The translations under genes were made by a program, and so were the position numbers. Shown here piece after piece: positions 43,276 through 53,085 of a stretch of DNA of 64,000 nt. Each line of letters begins with the position of its first letter. Position 1 is the first letter of the stretch. The notes under the pieces are model-generated. The model did not search any database and was not told the origin of the DNA. It saw only the letters and a list, made by a program, of their open reading frames with translations. Source of the DNA: Nitrospirota bacterium (GTDB lineage Bacteria; Nitrospirota; Thermodesulfovibrionia; Thermodesulfovibrionales; Dissulfurispiraceae); NCBI GenBank assembly GCA_963710375.1, contig CAVPZX010000002.1, forward strand, positions 96,001 to 160,000. The letters run 5' to 3'.

Positions 43276-44110
43276 TATCTGACTCCGGCGGAACTTTGAA
43301 ATACCCTGTAATCATAGATCGAACGTTATTCCAGAATCCATTGACAACGACTTCGAAGACATGGACGAACACGAATGCCACCAATGCCCAGGCGATGAGG
43401 AAATGGAGCGTTCTCATGGACTGCCTGCCTCCGAACAGGCTGACCAAACCGGGAAAGAGCGCGTCCAGAGCTGGTGACATGCCAAGCCCCATCAGGATCA
43501 TCGCGGGGGCCATCAGGAAGATCACGGAAAGATAGGCCATCTTCTGCAGTACATTGTAGCGAGTGGCTTCCTCCCCTTTCGGTCGCCGTAACAGTAGGTG
43601 ATCGACGACCGACCTGCCGATTGAATGCAACTCTTGACGGGTGGGCAATAGGCTCCGGGCGACATGTCGGATGAGCAAGGAGTAAGTCACAAAGGTGAAG
43701 CCATTTACCACCAGTAGCCAGGCAAAGAAAAAATGCCAACGCCGGGCCATGGCAAGCCATTGGACACTTGGTATTGTTATCCACGTCGGAAATCCCAGGT
43801 CTATCATGTCTCCATCCAGGTCCTTGGAAGCCCCTAGGAATCCGGTGGTATCCATTTTATAACCGAAGAGGCTTGTAGTCCCTATAAGTTTACCTTCATT
43901 ATCTTCCGCGCTGCGTATTTCAAGCAGTGGCGGGTTTTTCCCGTATGATGATTCTCCCCAGTAAAGTATCGAGTGTGCATTGAAGATGTTGAGGCCGCTC
44001 ATCAGAAGTACGACTAAGGCCGTGACATTGATCCAGTGCATAAGCCGCACAGGCAGAGGATGGCGGTACTGCATTTTTTTCCCGGGTAAGGTATCGTTCA
44101 GGTCTGCCAC
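43268..44110 (-). CDS. Cytochrome b membrane subunit (MsrQ-analogous partner)
   Basis: RLMHW, RRWHF, YNVLQK, RTLHF, HV His-ligand pattern; overlaps the oxidoreductase start. Confidence 0.88.
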   Translation of the reverse strand: MADLNDTLPGKKMQYRHPLPVRLMHWINVTALVVLLMSGLNIFNAHSILYWGESSYGKNPPLLEIRSAEDNEGKLIGTTSLFGYKMDTTGFLGASKDLDGDMIDLGFPTWITIPSVQWLAMARRWHFFFAWLLVVNGFTFVTYSLLIRHVARSLLPTRQELHSIGRSVVDHLLLRRPKGEEATRYNVLQKMAYLSVIFLMAPAMILMGLGMSPALDALFPGLVSLFGGRQSMRTLHFLIAWALVAFVFVHVFEVVVNGFWNNVRSMITGYFKVPPESDNE

Positions 44111-44275
44111 TTCAGTTTACCCCTTGCCAATTACCTTGGAATCTATCACACTCTGGAGACTTATTAGTTTCATATTTCAAAGTTTATCATTCTGATGACA
44201 TTATTACAAATTTTGGCAAATTTGGAAACGATCTTTCCAGTAAAGCCATCTGGGCTTTTTCTATAGTTCATCAGT

Positions 44276-44761
44276 CTATCTTTTAAGCATGTTGGGCCAG
44301 TTCTCATCCGCCTTTTTGATATTTCCGGGAATGTCTTTGCTCCACTTGTCTCTTATTTTCTTACTGAGATTGAGGTAAAGCTTGCCGGCGACAATATTCC
44401 ACTCCTCGGGGTCAATATCAGCTGTGGTTCCGACACTTACTGCAAACGCGCAATAACCACCATATTTTGGCGCATACTTCTCAGGGTTCCTGATGAACAG
44501 ATCCCTGTTTTCGGCGCTTGCGAAATGCCATTTTGCACCCATCCAGATATATTCGAATTCTCCGTTTCCACTTACAGGTTTTCCATCAATAAAATAGGCC
44601 ACAGGATCATAACCCTTAACTGCCACCCCGTCAGAAGTTTTGTTGATAGGTTCTATTGCGGATGCGGGGCCTCCCGACTTTCCTGTGCAACCCGAAAAGA
44701 CGATACCGCCGGCTATGAGTCCGGTCAGCAAGAGCGCCAGTAATAAGGTTGTGTATTTCAT
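44276..44761 (-). CDS. YHS-domain exported protein/lipoprotein (Cys form)
   Basis: FSGC lipobox-like end of signal, GYDPVAYF, FASAENRDLF, P.YGGYCAFAV, KLYLN, ADENW. Confidence 0.88.
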   Translation of the reverse strand: MKYTTLLLALLLTGLIAGGIVFSGCTGKSGGPASAIEPINKTSDGVAVKGYDPVAYFIDGKPVSGNGEFEYIWMGAKWHFASAENRDLFIRNPEKYAPKYGGYCAFAVSVGTTADIDPEEWNIVAGKLYLNLSKKIRDKWSKDIPGNIKKADENWPNMLKR

Positions 44762-45063
44762 TTAACTGTTCCTGTGTAGGTACCGGCCTTCTTCAAGACC
44801 GTTTCCATTTCGCCAATCGTAATTACTGCCGGATCATAATAAACAGTGTTTATCTCTTTCAAGTAGCGAAAGCCTTTTTCAACTCTCTTCACTCCCTTCA
44901 GCCCTGCCAGGGCCTCCTTGCCGACATCGAATCATTTAACATTAAAGATCACCTTCGATGTTCCAGCATCTTGTGCGAAAGAAACACCATAACATAAAAA
45001 GACAAACAACATCAAAACAAAAAGAGTCAAAGACTGAGTGCTTCGGTTCTTCATATAATTCAT
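44758..45063 (-). CDS. Putative exported 101-aa selenoprotein, mini-MsrA/HMA-like (Sec at codon 44)
   Basis: Not in the ORF track. The frame is open except for TGA at 44932-44934; signal peptide; stop overlaps the YHS start (ATGA); GCCCT-GGC-AGGGC hairpin follows the TGA. Confidence 0.72.
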
Positions 45064-45155
45064 AGTTTTCACATCCCTTTATTGTTCACTTTGTTAACTC
45101 TGTCGTCTCTGCCCTTGAAGTAAGAAATCTTGTCTTTGACAAGACTCCGGTTAGC

Positions 45156-45204
45156 AAAAAAACCTATCAAGAGGGCACGTAATTTAGAGTGCCCTCTTGA
45201 TAGG
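45156..45204 (-). terminator. Rho-independent terminator after the Met-rich gene
   Basis: Perfect 16-bp stem (45163-45178 / 45189-45204) followed by T7 on the minus strand. Confidence 0.85.
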
Positions 45205-45261
45205 CTGACTATCTAATATTTATTCGTCTACTTAATGTCTTTCTTTTCCATCACCTAACTT

Positions 45262-45588
45262 TTAGTTGTGAGGAAAAGGAAACAATAAGTCACGCATCTG
45301 CTCGCCCGTGTCCATCATCATCTTGCCGCAGTCCATCATTACCTTGGCCTGATTGCACATCATCTCGCCTTCTCGTTTCATTCCCTTTTCCATCATCATT
45401 TTGCCATTGTCCATCATCATCTGGCCCTTTTCCATCATCATCTGGCCATTGTCCATCATCATCTGGCCCTTTTCCATCATCACTTTTTTGTCCATCGTGT
45501 CGGCGGCTGAAACTAATCCGGTGCCTGCGGAAAGCATAAGACAGAAAAGAAATGCTATTGCTGCTATAGAACATACTATTTTCTTCAT
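45262..45588 (-). CDS. Secreted methionine-rich repeat protein
   Basis: RBS AGGAG, 28-aa signal peptide, MMM(E/D)(K/N)G(Q/K) heptads; 24 Met in 80 mature residues. Confidence 0.88.
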   Translation of the reverse strand: MKKIVCSIAAIAFLFCLMLSAGTGLVSAADTMDKKVMMEKGQMMMDNGQMMMEKGQMMMDNGKMMMEKGMKREGEMMCNQAKVMMDCGKMMMDTGEQMRDLLFPFPHN

Positions 45589-45871
45589 GTTGAACTCTCC
45601 TTTTGATTTTTTACGTTGATCAGATTCCCAAAATAATATTACCCTTATGGTCACGCTCCGCACTCTTATTCTGCTTCTTAATGTCCCCCATGTACACTTC
45701 CTTTAATACATAGTCGTTTATCACCTCGCTTTTCAACTTGTTACTGCATGAACTGTAAGCAGCCTAGCCAAACATCAAAAGCTAGTATGATTCCACTTTA
45801 GCTTGCTGCCTATGATGAATTTCACAACTGCGCCGTTTATTGCACGAAGCCCCACGTAACCAATTAGTTAT

Positions 45872-45927
45872 AGGTTAGCAGAAAAAAAATCACGATATCA
45901 TCACGAAAAAATAACAATTTTATCACG
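45872..45927 (-). promoter_or_regulatory. Four 11-bp-period direct repeats plus extended -10
   Basis: CGTGAT-N5-TGTTAT-N5-CGTGAT-N5-CGTGAT-N8-TGcTAACCT. Confidence 0.78.
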
Positions 45928-45985
45928 GACGAAAAATTGAAAACCGAAGGCTGACTTCTCAGAATTCAACTATTGGAGGTCATGA

Positions 45986-47464
45986 CTAAACCGTATAAAC
46001 CGGCAGGGTGAACGTGAAGGTCGTACCGGCGTTGACCACACTATCGACCTTAATATCACTTCCGTGGAGTTCCAGGATTCTCCTGGTGATGACCAGCCCA
46101 AGCCCCAAACCACCGGTGCCGCCTGCGTAGCTGCGGCCCATTCGATAACTGCGGTCGAATAAATACGGGAAATCCTCCGGCCGGATACCCGCGCCGGTAT
46201 CGGAAACTTGCACCTTTACTCGTCCGCTTTCGAAACCGGCGCTGACGGTAATCGAGCCGTTTTCCGGAGTGTACCTGGCGGCATTTTCGATGAGGTTTTC
46301 GAACACTCTCTCGATGAGTCCAATATCGGCGAACGCCAGCGGAAGGTGTTCAGGGAAGTTCTGTTGAAGCTTGATCTTTTTCTTCTCAGCAGCAAGCTGG
46401 AACTTCTGCATTATGTCCTGGACAAGTTCCGCCAGAGAAAAAGATTCGAGCCTGACCTGGACATCCGGCGAATCAAGTTTAGCCAGTTCAAAGAGTGCGG
46501 TAACCAACTTTCCTAATTGATTGGAACGCTTAATGGCAATTGTGAGAAAGTCCCGTTGCTCCTGCGGCGTCAACTTTCCTTCCTTCAAGAGCAAGGTCTC
46601 AAGGTATCCATGGAGAGACGTCAGAGGCGTTCGGAGGTCGTGTGTGATATTGGCTACTAATTCGCGCCGAAGCGCATCTGCTTGTCTGAGATTCTTTATC
46701 AGCTGAATAATGCGCTCAGCCATCTGAGAGAAGATCGATCCGAGACGGTCAATTTCATCCCCGGAACTGCCCTTAAAGAAAGGCAAAAAATCGGGATTGT
46801 CTGAAAAATCGCTCTGTCTGAAAGTTTCCATGTCAGCGGTAAGACGTTGGAGCCTACGTGTGATCAAGAAGAAGAGGAGAAGTCCAGTTAGTAAGGCAAA
46901 TAACAGGCTCCATGTCACAGCCCATATGCTTAACCGGATGATGTAACTGCCTTGGAGCATCTCTGCGACCGTTTCAAATTCCTCGCTGCCCAGAATGATG
47001 TAAAGATAACCTTGTATTTGATTTTTAACAAAGATTGGCGCCGCGGAGAACACCTTTTTACTTTTTAGGTTACGCGGGTCGTCACCCAGGATGGGAAACG
47101 CATCCGTCTTGTTCAGGAAACTTTTCAGGGGCACCATTGATACCTCCTGCCTTTTTACTTTTCCAAGAGGTGCGGAGAATGCCAGGATTGTGCCGTTTGG
47201 ATTGAGAAGATAGACCTCGATGTTTGGATTAACGATCATCAGCATATGGAAAATATCCTCAAGGGCTTTTTTATTGACCCGACCGTCCTTCATCAAGCTT
47301 GTCTCCGAAGTCAAGTTCTGAGCCAGAGTACGATTGAGCTTCTGGTCCACCTCCTGAAAATACAGCCGGGTGGTGTAGAGAGTGAACAGCATATAAAGGA
47401 TTCCGATCAGACAGAGCAACCCCAGCAGGACAACAGCCAGCTTGCAATAAAGGGTCTTGAACAT
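45986..47464 (-). CDS. HAMP-domain sensor histidine kinase
   Basis: Two TM segments, periplasmic domain, HAMP, ANITHDLRTPL, NLIENA, DTGAGI, GLGLGL. Confidence 0.95.
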   Translation of the reverse strand: MFKTLYCKLAVVLLGLLCLIGILYMLFTLYTTRLYFQEVDQKLNRTLAQNLTSETSLMKDGRVNKKALEDIFHMLMIVNPNIEVYLLNPNGTILAFSAPLGKVKRQEVSMVPLKSFLNKTDAFPILGDDPRNLKSKKVFSAAPIFVKNQIQGYLYIILGSEEFETVAEMLQGSYIIRLSIWAVTWSLLFALLTGLLLFFLITRRLQRLTADMETFRQSDFSDNPDFLPFFKGSSGDEIDRLGSIFSQMAERIIQLIKNLRQADALRRELVANITHDLRTPLTSLHGYLETLLLKEGKLTPQEQRDFLTIAIKRSNQLGKLVTALFELAKLDSPDVQVRLESFSLAELVQDIMQKFQLAAEKKKIKLQQNFPEHLPLAFADIGLIERVFENLIENAARYTPENGSITVSAGFESGRVKVQVSDTGAGIRPEDFPYLFDRSYRMGRSYAGGTGGLGLGLVITRRILELHGSDIKVDSVVNAGTTFTFTLPVYTV

Positions 47465-47468
47465 AAGA

Positions 47469-48182
47469 CTATTCCTTTTGGAAATCGGAGAACTTGTAAC
47501 CGATCCCCCAGACAGTCAAAATATAACGGGGCTTGGCAGGATCTTTTTCGATTTTTGCCCTTAATCGGTTGATGTGAGAATTCACGGTATGTTCGTAGCC
47601 TTCGTAGCCGTACACCCATACCTGTTTCAACAGTTCCATGCGTGTATATACCCTCCCGGGATGACTGACAAAGTGGAGCAGGAGGTCGAACTCTTTGGCT
47701 GTCAATAGCACCGGATTTCCCGAGAGCGTAACCTTCCGCTTTTCAGCATCTATAATAAGAGCACCTGTCTGAATCAGTTTCTGCGATTCCTGAGATGCCT
47801 CTGACTTAAGCGCCTCCACACGACGGAACAGCGCCTTGACCCGTGCCAGAAATTCGTGAATACTAAAGGGTTTGGTCAGGTAATCGTCTGCTCCGATCTC
47901 CAGGCCGAGTACACGGTCAACTTCAGAAGATCTGGACGACAGTATCAACATGGGGATATAGACAGATCCTGCCCTCACTCTCCGGCAGATCTCCAGCCCA
48001 TCTACCGCCGGGAGCGTAAGATCCAAAATAATCAGATCATAGGGTTCCGTGAGTGCATGGTCGAGACCGACGTCACCATCATAGGCAAGAGTTACTTCAT
48101 ATCCCATATCTTTCAGATGGAGCTCAACAAGATGGGCTATATCATTATCATCTTCAATTACAAGGATTCTGCGATGCTGCAT
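47469..48182 (-). CDS. OmpR/PhoB-family response regulator
   Basis: ILVIEDD, IILDLTLP, GADDYLTKPF, HINRLRAKIE, TVWGIGYKF. Confidence 0.95.
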   Translation of the reverse strand: MQHRRILVIEDDNDIAHLVELHLKDMGYEVTLAYDGDVGLDHALTEPYDLIILDLTLPAVDGLEICRRVRAGSVYIPMLILSSRSSEVDRVLGLEIGADDYLTKPFSIHEFLARVKALFRRVEALKSEASQESQKLIQTGALIIDAEKRKVTLSGNPVLLTAKEFDLLLHFVSHPGRVYTRMELLKQVWVYGYEGYEHTVNSHINRLRAKIEKDPAKPRYILTVWGIGYKFSDFQKE

Positions 48183-48263
48183 TTTTGCTCCATGAGCATT
48201 CATGCTGTCGTGATTTATATAAGCATAACATAATGGCATATCCCTAAATTGACATGAAACATC

Positions 48264-48319
48264 CGTGACCAAAAAGTTATCTTTCCGTGATAATTTTGTG
48301 ACTATCGAAATGTTATACT
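48264..48319 (+). promoter_or_regulatory. Four 11-bp-period direct repeats plus extended -10 (msrA promoter)
   Basis: CGTGAC-N5-AGTTAT-N5-CGTGAT-N5-TGTGAC-N8-TGtTATACT. Confidence 0.78.
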
Positions 48320-48328
48320 ACATAACAA

Positions 48329-49132
48329 TTGGTTAATGTCAAGTCCATTATTGCTTTTATAGTTCTTTGGGGGGTTGCAATAAGCGCTGCGACTCTTGTC
48401 TCTCTTGGAGGGGGTAAAAGTATGTCCATGCAACATAACGATACAGAGGCCTTTGTAGCTCAGCCACCCACAGGTCCATCTCTTACCGGTTCATTCGAAA
48501 CGGCTACCTTCGCCCTTGGCTGATTCTGGGGACCGGACTCCCAGTTTGGGAGTGTACCGGGGGTTGTCAGAACCCGAGTAGGATATGCCGGTGGAACTAC
48601 TAAAAATCCCACTTATCACAACTTGGGAGATCACTCCGAGGCGGTTCAAATTGATTTTAATCCCGCTCTCGTCTCATATAGGGAGCTGTTGGATATCTTT
48701 TGGAAGAGCCACAGCGCGACAAGCGGTTCCGGGTCTCGCCAATATAGGGCAGCAGTGTTTTATCACAACGAAAGACAGAGGAAACTTGCCGAAGAATCCC
48801 GAGATCATCTCGGAACGGAAACAGGACGCAGGATTGTGACAGCGATAGAGACCTATTCCGGGTTCCATTTGGCCGAGGACTACCACCAGAAGCACAGTCT
48901 GCGATTATTCCCCGAACTGATGGAGGAATTGAAAGCGCTTTATCCGGACATGAATAATTTTCTAAATTCTGTTGCCGTCACACGAATCAACGGTTACCTT
49001 GGAGGATACGGCACGTGCGACGCTCTCCAAATGGAAGTAGAGAGTTTCGGGCTTTCACCAAAGGCAAGAGAAAGATTGATTTCCGTTGTATGTGGCCGCA
49101 AAGCTTCAGTTACGTGTCCGATCCGGCAATAA
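48329..49132 (+). CDS. msrA: Selenocysteine-containing peptide methionine sulfoxide reductase A
   Basis: ORFs 48329..48523 and 48623..49132 share a frame: ATFALG-TGA-FWGPD...GVVRTRVGYAGG...HSEAVQ...QYR...AEDYHQK. Start is TTG 48329 (with TM segment) or ATG 48422 (with RBS). Confidence 0.92.
48533..48560 (+). promoter_or_regulatory. Candidate bacterial SECIS of msrA
   Basis: ACTCCCA-GTT-TGGGAGT stem-loop; the loop starts with G, 20 nt after the UGA. Confidence 0.65.
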
Positions 49133-49341
49133 ATCCGTTTCCACTTATTATTTTTTATTCCTTTCCTTCATCAAATCCCTTTGGCTAATCGAATTTTAAC
49201 GGGTTTCGCGGTAATCGTTTGATGATATAGGAGGCGCGCATTGACATGTGGTAAAATGATGCAGGGCAGGTCAGCTGTTGTAGTCAGTATTTTTGTTTAT
49301 AAGTAAGGATGTCAATCGTAATATCGGAGAGGAGATGGCAT

Positions 49342-49527
49342 ATGGCTGATCAAGACGATTTATTGGATATTCGTAAAATAATAGAGGAAGGGCATACGCG
49401 TCCGTGCGCTTGTCGGCAAATTTTAGGGGACGGGACCTGTGAATGCAAAATGGGCGTGGTCAGCCCTGTTAAACTCGCACGTGATATCACCGCTATGGAA
49501 ATATCCTATGGCAAAGAAGAATCATAA
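49342..49527 (+). CDS. Small Cys/His-motif hypothetical protein
   Basis: RBS GAGGAG; H..PCACRQILGDGTCEC motif. Confidence 0.55.
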   Translation: MADQDDLLDIRKIIEEGHTRPCACRQILGDGTCECKMGVVSPVKLARDITAMEISYGKEES

Positions 49528-49847
49528 TTGGTTAGGACAGATTAATGATACTGAGTTCATCTTCTAAACCAGAGCAGCACATTGTAAAGAATATCTTTTT
49601 GCGCACCGCTACTTGACCTGTCGGACAAAGAGTCAACTACGGCATTTATAGCCGCTAAGTGTGATTTTAAAAATGATCTTGAGAGTATCAATTTCTGGTT
49701 GAAGGAAAGATATCAAAATTATTCCTTACCCCGCAAGTCGAGAAGCATTAAATCACGAGACTGCCGAAGATTTCCGATGTAATATTGTTAAAACTGATAT
49801 TGGTGATGACCATTGATAAAACTATTTCTCCGTGTTAGCATTGGGCT

Positions 49848-52800
49848 ATGAAAATGTTGCCGGCGATTTTTCAACTATCTAGCTACTCGTTCAATTTATG
49901 GGCAATTCCCGTTGCCTGTGTCGTGCTCATACTCGCAGCGCTTGACCTGAAACGTTTTTATCAAGAGCGTTTTGAGCGGACCAGCTTGACACTCGACCTA
50001 CTGACATTCTTTATCTTGATATGGCAGGTCTCAGTTTTCTTTATGTACAGACTCAACCAATGCAGACGTTGCTCTTTGGTGGGCAAAAGCAGTCTATCTC
50101 GGCGTTCCTTTTATTCCCTCAGCTCTTTATTTTTTTGTCATCACCGCATTGAACCTCTATGAAAAGCATAAACGGCTAAATGCCCTAATCTGGGTATTAT
50201 CCTTGTTTTCTTCCATTCTCATGGTAGGTACGGACTTGGTCTATAGTAAGGTAAAGCATTTTCCGTGGGGGTATTACCCTCAGTTCACTTTGTGGAGCAT
50301 AATGTACCTGATCCCTTTCGGGATTGTGTTAGGAATTAGCTACCACGTACTTCTGCTGGCCTATAAGCAAGAAATACACAGCCTCAAGCGGCGATTTCGC
50401 ATCAGGTCATTTCTTCTTGCCCTTGGTATTGGAGGATCGGCGGTCGTTGATTATCTCGCAAACTTTGATATTGCAGTATATCCCGCCGGCTACATTGCGG
50501 TATTGGTCAGTACAATCATACTCAATAGGACCGTAGCAAAATACAAGCTTATCGATATCACCCCTAAGTTTGCTGCGCAGGGTATTCTCGATACAATGGA
50601 TGAAGCCCTGATTGCAATTGATGCGGAGGGTATTATCAGGTTGATCAATCGTGCAGCCACGGTGATGTTAGGGCGGCCGGAAGAGGACCTTCTCGGAAGG
50701 CCGTTTACAATGATTTTCGGCGAAGGTAACCAATCGGTACTTGACGGTAGCGCCTCGTCCGGTCCCGTACGCTGTTACGAATTATCCTATATGCATCCTG
50801 ACGACGTTCCGCAAATCCTCAGCATATCTGCATCGTCGATGAAAGACGACAGCGGGAGCGTTATAGCCACTGTTTGTACAGTCAGGGACATTACTGACAG
50901 CAAACGGACGGAAGAGGCGCTCAGAAAGGCGAAGACTGCTGCGGAAGCTGCGAATCTGGCAAAGGGCGAGTTTCTGGCAAACATGAGCCACGAAATCCGC
51001 ACCCCAATGAACGGCATCATTGGGATGACCGGTTTGCTTCTAGACACAGGGCTTTCTGAGGAGCAGAGGAACTATGCCGAGATGCTGCGCTCAAGCGGCG
51101 AGTTGTTGCTGGGCCTGATCAACGATATCCTTGACTTCTCCAAGATAGAGGCAGGCAAACTGGAGATAGAGACAATAGAGTTTGATCTGAGAAACACGCT
51201 TGAAGAGACTGCTGAGTTTCTGGCCTTGAGGGCCCACGAAAAGGGTCTTGAGTTAATATGCCGGATAGACCCTGGCGTCCACACATTTCTAATAGGCGAC
51301 CCTGGCCGGCTTCGCCAGATATTGGTCAACCTGATAGGGAATGCCATCAAGTTCACCTCAGTGGGCGAGGTGGTTATCGAAGCAGTGACGGAATATGAGA
51401 GAGACGGTCAGATTGCGGTGCGTTTCAATATAAGGGATACGGGCATTGGGATACCAGAAGACAAACTGCCTTTATTGTTTGACAGTTTTCAGCAGGTTGA
51501 TGCCTCTACATCGAGGAAGTTTGGAGGCAGCGGCCTAGGGTTGGCAATATCTAGGCGTCTGGTTGAGCTAATGAACGGCAGGATAGGGGTTGAAAGCATA
51601 GAAGGGAAGGGTTCCAACTTCTGGTTTACAGCAGTGTTCGATAAGGGGAGTCAGCCGGACAGGGGAGAAATGCCTCCATTTGTCGATATCAGCGGGGTGA
51701 GGATACTGTCAGTAGACGACAATGCGGTGAACCGCATTGTAATTGCAGAGCAGATGAAGTCGTGGGGAGTGCGCAATGCCGAGGCCGGGGGAGCTTTAAA
51801 GGCGATGGAGATGCTCCATGCTGCTCAAGCTGAAGGGGACCCTTTTCGGGTTGTAGTTACTGATATGCAGATGCCTGGGATGGACGGCGAAGCCCTTGCC
51901 AGGGCCATCAAGGCAGACCCAGCTTTGAGGGACACTTTGCTGATTATGCTGACATCCAGCGGGATGCGGGGAGATGCAAAGCGGCTTGCGAGCCTTGGAT
52001 TTTCTGCATATCTGACCAAGCCTGTAAGGATGTTCCAACTGCACAACTGCATAGCCGCAGTCCTTGGTGGGAGCAGTCTGCATGAAAAGGCCCAGGAAGC
52101 CGCTATTATTACCGGTCACCGGCTTCGTGAGGAATCCAGGCAGAATGCGCGCATTCTACTGGTGGAGGATAACAAAGTGAATAAACTGGTGGCAGAGGGC
52201 ATTCTGGGGAAATTGGGGTTCATTGCTGACACTGCTGACAATGGCCAGCAGGCGATCAATATAATGGAAGCCGCCCCTTACGACATAGTCTTCATGGATG
52301 TGCAGATGCCTGTTATGGATGGGTATCAGGCTACGAAAGCTATCCGGGATGGCAAGACAAAGGCAGCGAATCCCAATGTTCCTATTATTGCAATGACAGC
52401 CCATGCCATGAAGAGTGACAGGGAGAAATGCCTGCAATGGGGTATGGACGATTATATATCTAAGCCAATCTCGCTGCAGGAAGTGGCTAAGGCGCTTGAA
52501 AAATGGCTGCCACAGGCGCATGTCAAGTTGCCGGCAGCAACTGATAGGGCCTCTGATAAGACAGCAGCAGTAGAGGCATTACAGGTCTTTGACTATGCAG
52601 GGCTTATGGAACGCATGATGGATGACATGGATCTGGCCAGAAGAGTTATCACTGCATTTATGAAGAGAATCCCCGGGATGCTTGATAAGCTAAGGGAGCA
52701 GATAGATCGGGGCGATGCAGAACTTGCCGGAAGACAAACCCACAAGATCAAGGGGGCAGCGTCCAACACAGGATGTATGGCAATGAGCGCCGTAGCAGCT

Positions 52801-52926
52801 GATATGCAGAAGGCCGGAGAGCGAGGGGAAATGGAGACACTTATTGCACTTATGCCTAAACTTGAAGGCCAGTTTGAGTTACTGAAGGCTAAAATCAAAG
52901 ACTTGGGGGTCTTAGAAGTCATATAA
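49848..52926 (+). CDS. Hybrid histidine kinase: multi-TM, PAS, HisKA, HATPase, two REC, Hpt (apparent frameshift near 50050)
   Basis: [15 protein letters not shown], two receiver domains, HKIKG Hpt. Removing one base gives [26 protein letters not shown], joining the two ORFs. Confidence 0.9.
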
Positions 52927-53085
52927 CCGCAGTTGAGAGTTTATAAAAAAATTGGTTAAATTTCTTAATGACAATTAACAGCGCACTCATCTTCACAATA
53001 TAATTGTATCTGCACTGGAGGACATTTGTTCTCTCCAAAATACACTCGTTACGAACTGCATATAATAGTTCTATGGTACTCGATG

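Noticed and set aside
44190..44230. CusR/HprR-like box upstream of the cytochrome b gene
   Set aside because: Weak match, and it does not follow the spacing of the two clear operators.
44276..44761. YHS protein as a third selenoprotein
   Set aside because: The GGYC position is encoded by TGC and the frame has no internal TGA.
44758..49132. Genome-wide TGA reassignment to Trp or Gly
   Set aside because: Many genes here end properly at TGA (katG, gpsA, tupB) and Trp uses TGG; in-frame TGA appears only at two redox-type positions.
49543..49782. Possible frameshifted small ORF upstream of the hybrid kinase
   Set aside because: No recognisable similarity; too weak to call.
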